Of a stretch of 64,000 bases of DNA, positions 22,461-64,000 are shown in pieces (the stretch's first letter is position 1; each line of letters opens with the position of its first letter). The translations under genes and the position numbers were made by a program. The DNA is from Lama guanicoe. Lineage: Eukaryota. The notes beneath the pieces are model-generated. The model made no database searches and was not told where the DNA came from. It worked only from the letters and a program-made list of their open reading frames with translations. Where the stretch lies: the NCBI GenBank assembly GCA_013239625.1, contig MU054575.1, positions 929,687 to 993,686 of the forward strand, in the 5' to 3' direction.

Positions 22461-25400
22461 CAAGGCACCTGCGAGATGCCCACCCTCCAGCAGCAGCCCC
22501 ACTGGCTGCCTGGGTTCCCTGTCCCTGGCTTTAGAAATCAGCTCCCAGCATCTGGGGCCTTGTGTCTGAAGACACAACCCCCACCCTGGACCACAGGCTT
22601 CTGGAGGCTTCCCAAAAGCCGGGAGCGAAGGTGGTTTCCATGTCACACGGATGCCTGGAAAGTGGGAACACACTCCCATCTCTCCCCTCAGGATACTTTC
22701 ATCTGACAAACACCCAAGCTTTGCTGACACCAGAGCCTAGTATTGGAGACTCTTGTTCCGTGGACACAGTCCTTCCTGACTATCCCCCGACGGCAGAAGC
22801 ACTAGCAAATGGATCTCCACTGGGCCAGTCCCTCCTTAGCCAGGAGGGTCCCTGCTCTTCACAGGCTGAGGCCCCTTGTGCCCTTGGCTTGAGGTCACAG
22901 CCAGTCCTCTGTCCATCTGCACCCTCCACACTGTCCACCAGCACACTGGTGAGCTCTGCTGCTCTGCAGCCTTCTGTAGCTCCCTGCTGCCACTGGTGAA
23001 CCCAGAACGGGGCAGGCGGGCCAGGCGCCAGTGGTTTGTTTAGAAGTCCCCAGATGATTCTAAGTATTACCAGGGCTGGGAAGCACTGGCCAGCTCATGG
23101 CTTTCTTTTCCCCGCCATCGTCACACTGACCCCAGTGAGCTCTGAGAACATGCACATCTGTCAACAGCCCCTCTGCACAGGTCCCTAGCCTGGCTCTGCC
23201 TCCAGCCATGGGGAGCTCAGGGGGTTACCCTCCCGGGGCGGCCCTGCCCTTGGATCCTGCTCCTTGGCCACCTCAGCCTCATTGACCACCCCAAGACTGA
23301 GCTCAGGAGGATGGGCACCTGATCTTGCTTCCCACCCGGAGAGTGTTCCTCATCTCGGCGCCACAGAATAGTGGCAATGCCTTGGCCTGGCGATGCCTCG
23401 CGTGGACACCATGGTCCCATCCCCAGAGGAGGAAATGGGAACATGGGCTGCATGACCCCTCCAGACCCCCCCAACACCCAGCGCTCAGAAATGGCTGGAC
23501 CACATCCAACCTTCCCCTCACCTCTTGGAGGCTCTGCTGGATGAATAACCCCTGGGGCTGGTAGAAGAGGGGGAGCACCATGCCCCGGAAGCACTCCCAA
23601 GATCCCCTAACAGGGCAGCGGCACCCAGGTCATGATGCACTAATGAAACAGACACGTGGAGACGTGAAGGAGGAAGCAGATCTCCTGGTGTATTGGCATC
23701 AGAAATACCCACCATGTAGTCCGTGCGAGGAGAGAGCCGCACAACGCGGTGTATCTGTAAGCTCACACCCTCGGGAGGAAGGAGTCCGGGGGGCTGTTCC
23801 CCAGCTGTTACAGGCTCTCTGAGACGGCCTTAAAGGGACGCTAGGTTCCTACTTTGTAAGGGTCATTTTCTGCATGATTTGATTTCTTAAGTAGTGAACT
23901 ATGACTTTGTCTAACAGAAGCATGAAAGACTTCTCCTTGGGGAGAAGCAGAAAGACAATTCTGGCTCTTAGAACTGGAAAGAGTCTTCCTGCACACAAAA
24001 GAAACGCTTTTTACGGTGACTTAATATTTTACAAGTTAAAAAAAAGTTTCTGCCTCATCTTGTTCCAGAAGATTCTGCAGCAGCTTGTGAGGGTGCAAAG
24101 GCCAAATGCAGGGGGCCAGCGAGGACGCTCTGACCAGGTGGCCCCAGTCCGCCCCGTCCAGTCACCCTGGCAGAGGCCAGCCGCCCGCACACCGGTCCCC
24201 TGCAGCAGCGGGGCTGGGCTCCTGTCCGCACTAAAGATGACAGTGTTTCCTGGCGGCATGTTTTAAAGAGCACTTGCTTGTGGGCAGTTTCGAACACAGG
24301 TGGGCAGACAGGATGACCTCGGAAAGACACCGGTCACTGAGGTGTGACCGTGAGTACCTGCGTGATTTGTTTCATCAGTTCCCTTGGTTGAAGGACATTG
24401 AATTACAGGCCTCACATCACTTTGTCCCAAACTCAGGACATATGTGGACACAACTGCCTGATCACACTGACGAAATGAACAAAAATTCCTTAGCTTCACA
24501 CCACACCCAGGCCATGTGCTGATTTCCCTAAACGTCTTTGTGGCCACTTTGCTCAGACCAATCGCGGTTCATACACGGGATGTGGTGGTTTTCTTTCTCG
24601 TGTCTCTCTTGTCTCGTCCGTCTGATCCTCCCCCCAGACAGGACTTCGTGAAGGTGCCAGCTTAGGGGTCCCGAGGAGGGCCTTGCCTTCTAGATGGCTC
24701 CATTTGCTCCTCGCAGCGTCCTCTGCCTGTGCCTCCACCCCCAGTACGTCCTGTGAACAGGAAGGGAAATGGACAGCCTCCTCCTTTCAGTGGGGCCCCT
24801 GAGCAGAGGCCTGGGCGTCACCCCAGGGGCTGGGGGACATGCAGGCCCCCCGGCCCCACCCAGACCCCAGTCACAGACCGCGTGGTAAGGAGGTCCCGGC
24901 GGTGCCAGTCTAAAGGCTTCATTCAACACTGACTGCAGGTTTCTGGTGGAAAGACTTCCCTGTGCAGGTGATGCTGGGGGCTCCCCACAGGGGACACCTC
25001 ATGCTCACGGCCCCTCTTTGGGGGATGCTGACACTGCGTACTGGTGGGGGAGGTGGGTACAGGAAGAGCTCAGCATTGTTAAGGTGACATGCCCACCTTT
25101 CCCAGTCCCGTGACCTACAAGCCACCCTCAAGGTGACACTTTGGCATCGTGAGAACAGTCAGCTCCGGCCAACTTCCACCGAGGGTCTCAGCACCACCGA
25201 CGGTCCTGGCCTGCGGCGGGGCTGCAGCATGGACGCTTTCTAATCGTCCTGTTTCGTCCACTTCTACCAGCTGGCACTGTTACCCCTTCGGTGGGGCAGC
25301 TGGTGGCCCTCAAATACAGTCCCTACGGAAGGAGGAGAGATGCTGAATTCTGCCATTATAAACAAGTTTCCAGACCAAGCGTCACCTCCACTGGTGACAA

Positions 25401-27710
25401 GTTATTTCTTGGCCTTTGCCTTTAAGGGTACATACATATGCCTGGATTTCACTGACTCCCTCTTTTCAATGCTCAGTTGTCCCAGACTTGGCCAGGGGAA
25501 GCTCCTGAGGTTCTTCACTTTGAAATAATTGGAGGTTCCCAGGAGGCTGCCATAGAGACGTCCCTGCACCCCACCCCCCCAGGTTCCCGACAGTCACATC
25601 CTGCCCAAGGTCAGCCCAGGAGACCAGCAGCAATGCTGTCCTGTGGCCGCAGGCGGAGACTCCTGAGGCCACCACTGCAGTCGACGGCAGGCTGTCCAGA
25701 ACTGTCCCACTGCCATGAAGGCACCCTTCTCCTGCTGTCCCTTCTAGTCAGCCTCCATCTCCACCCCTGGCCTCCCTAACCTGCTTTGCAACTTTGGCAT
25801 CTCGAGAAAGTCATCTCCATGGAATCTCATGATCCAATGCCCTGGAGACCCGCCAGGCTGCTGTGTGTGTTACTGGCCTGACCCCCGTGTCCCTCTGACA
25901 CTCCTCAGTCTGGGGAAGCTTACCCTGGGGCGCCGGTGGCCTGTCGCCTGGTGCATCTGCTCCAGGCCTGACATCAGCCGCTTCTCCAAGGAGAGGGCTG
26001 GAACCGGGCCCCCAGTGGTGCTCGCGGTGTCCTGACCGCCCGCGTTGCTTTCTCCGGCTCCTACTTAACAGCAGTGATTTCCCTCAACTTCCTTGACGTT
26101 ATCTCTGTGCCTTCCCTCTCCTTGAACTCTGCTGCTGACACAGGCGTGCAGGTCGTCTCCGCCCACGGCTCGGGCTTGAGGACACCACCACCAAGGCCCC
26201 ACTGACAGCAGGGCAACTGAGCTGCGTCTGACCTGTCACTTCTGTGGCCTCAGAATACAACCCACAAGCGATGTGCAGCGCAGTGGCAAGTCCTCAAATC
26301 AACCGAACGGGCCCTTTTCTCACCCACTTGGGTTGCAGTTTTGCGGCAGACGGCACTTTCTGAAACAGCTGTGACGCTCTGTCCAGCCCCTCGCTGCTCC
26401 CGCTGCAGGGAGGTGACTGCGGGTGGGCGCCGGGGCGGCCTCCACTCAGGGAGGACAGTGGGAGCCCCTGTGACCTCAGGGATTAGGCCCCAAAGGGCAC
26501 GCGGCGCCCGTCTCCCCTGGACGCATGGAAGCCGCCGAGCTGGAGGCCACGCCAAGCAGCCCCGACTGCAAGCCTCCCACCCAGACGCCAGGCACCGGCG
26601 CGCAGCCCCTCACGGGTGGACTGCGCCCTCGGGGGCGGCCCTGACCGACAGCCGCTTAGTGGGGCCCTGGCCACGGGAACCGCCAGCGGCAGGAAGGTCG
26701 TCGTCGTGCCAGCCACTAAGCCCTGGGGTGGCCTGGTGGGCAGTGACAGTTAACTGGAATGGGTCTGTTCCACTTTGTCTTGGGGCCTTTTAAATTCCTG
26801 GTTAAATTATTTTTCTTTATGCAAAACATTTACCGGGTTCAAAAGTTGGACACGTCAATACCCAGAGCCCGGCCTCACGGGTAGCCCCGAGTGCACCCAG
26901 TACCAGCCCGCAGCCTGCTTCCCAGCTGCCCCGCGGACAGATGCTTTGGTCCGCAGGGCGGGCCCTTGCGGACAGCTTCCTACAGGCAGGCTTCCAGGGG
27001 CGAAGGGTGAGCGCGCCCGCCCCTGGACACGGCCACACTCCCTCTACGGGGCTCCTGCCATTTGGAGCTGCCACTATGGCTGCATGAGAACCAGACGGCG
27101 TCTCTGGCCCATCTCCCCACACGGATGACTCATCACTTGTCTGCGTGGCTCCGACCTGGTGCCACGCTTCAGGTGAGCAGGTGCCGGCGCTGCTGATGCC
27201 CTCCTCAGGTAAGGACGGTCAAGCGCATTTGAGTTCAGGGGGTGATGCCTGGCCCAGGGAGTAGAAACGGGTATGGGGGCGGTGAGGGCACGGTCCCCAC
27301 GCTGGGACCTAGAGACACTGGCCGCCCTGCGGTGCTGAGACCCACCCCTCACCCGCGCGGATCCCGGGCTTGCTGCCAGGTGTGGCGGTCCCCGGCTGAG
27401 CCAGCCCTGCGGCAGCCCGGTGCGGCCTGGCCGGGAGACCCACTGCGCCGACTCAGCGGCAGAGGGCCGGCGGGCAGCCTTTGTGCAGGCGCCGCAGCTG
27501 CCGCCCGCTGGAGCCTGTCTTTTTTCTGCTCGAATACCTCCAAATGCACCCTCGCACCAGAGATTAGCCGATAGCAATCTGCACGGGGTCGGGGGATGTT
27601 CCCGGGCTGAAGCCCGTCGTGACTTGCTGACCAAGCACCCGGCGGCCCCCGCGAGTGCTGACCGAGCAGGCTGACGGCAGAGAGGGCGCCCGGCCTCGCG
27701 TTTGGTAGAA

Positions 27711-27716
27711 TTTATT
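27711..27716 (-). terminator. CARS1 polyadenylation signal AATAAA
   Basis: tttatt on the + strand, about 160 nt downstream of the stop codon. Confidence 0.8.
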
Positions 27717-27875
27717 AGTGAGGTCTCAGGGCCGGGCGTGGCACAGGTCTCTCTGGACAGAATTCTTAACTTAGGACCCGAGGACCACTGCACACATGAC
27801 CAGAGCCGGGGCAGCCACCAGCGGGCAGAGGAAGCTGTCGTGCGTTGATGGTCAGTCTGCCACCAGCCCCTGGTG

Positions 27876-63531
<35,656 letters not shown>

Positions 63532-63577
63532 CGTTGGAATCCCGCACCGGCGACCGCGGCGACAGCTTCCCAGAATC

Positions 63578-63586
63578 TGATGCAAC
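63578..63586 (+). promoter_or_regulatory. C/EBP-ATF composite element (amino-acid response element, ATF4 site) TGATGCAAC
   Basis: Matches the TGATGCAAN consensus next to the CARS1 start; cytosolic tRNA synthetases including CARS1 are established ATF4 targets. Confidence 0.7.
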
Positions 63587-63680
63587 CATCGTCCCGGAAG
63601 TCCCGCCTCGCGCCCGGCCCGCCTTCCGGGGCACGCCCGGTCGCTAGGCAACCGCTGCGGGCTCGGGACGCCGCCGGCCC

Positions 63681-63703
63681 GGGGCATGCTGGGAGTTGTG
63701 GTT
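63681..63703 (-). promoter_or_regulatory. ZNF143/THAP11-type motif AACCACAACTCCCAGCATGCCCC
   Basis: Close match to the ACTACAnnTCCCAnnATGC consensus, about 150 nt upstream of the CARS1 ATG. Confidence 0.7.
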
Positions 63704-64000
63704 CTTACTGCGCTGCTTCCCGGGCTTAGGAGCATCGCAGGGGCCAGCGTTCTGTGTACGGAACCGGGACCAGGCCTGGGTCCAGTCCGGGCACGGGGCT
63801 CCGGGTGGAGGTCGCAGCCTCACCGCGGGGAGACAGGCCTGAAATGCCGATCATCTCATGCCTGGGTGTTGAAGTTAGCACTGCACCAAGTGCTGTGGCC
63901 ACCAGCTCCAGCCTCCCAGCGTCCAGGAGGGAGGACCAGTAGGACAGAGGCTCAGAGAGGGGACTGGGGATGGGTGGGAAGTGCATTCTGTGCGGAGGGG

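Noticed and set aside
19200-27600. Hidden gene between NAP1L4 and CARS1 (for example ORFs near 21149-21805 and 23518-23822)
   Set aside because: No recognisable protein similarity or coherent exon chain, and much of the interval is MLT1, L2, MER and SINE debris. A lncRNA cannot be excluded from sequence alone.

Overview
Mammalian genomic DNA, most likely camelid (alpaca, llama or camel), inferred from recurrent tRNA-derived Vic-1-type SINEs and an artiodactyl Tigger1 derivative. The gene order matches the NAP1L4-CARS1 segment of human 11p15.4, next to the KCNQ1 imprinted domain. The minus strand carries the complete cytosolic cysteinyl-tRNA synthetase gene CARS1: 23 exons, ATG at 63531, TGA at 27876-27878, 840 aa with the GST-like cassette exon 2 or 758 aa without it. 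It also carries the 5' end of NAP1L4 (CpG-island promoter, non-coding exon 1, coding exons 2-3). NAP1L4 intron 1 holds a decayed class I ERV of about 7.3 kb (gag-pro-pol-env-3'LTR) in the same orientation as the host gene, with a Tigger1-derived element nested in its RNase H domain. The most notable oddities are a 30-nt in-frame Gly-rich insertion with a duplicated splice donor in CARS1 exon 21, an 18-bp minisatellite beside the donor of cassette exon 2, a strong-context upstream ATG next to a C/EBP-ATF (ATF4) element in the CARS1 leader, and a head-to-head SINE pair. I see no evidence for a wholly new gene system. Nearly all ORFs in the supplied track are GC-rich or repeat-derived noise. Human comparisons and repeat family names come from memory and need alignment to confirm.
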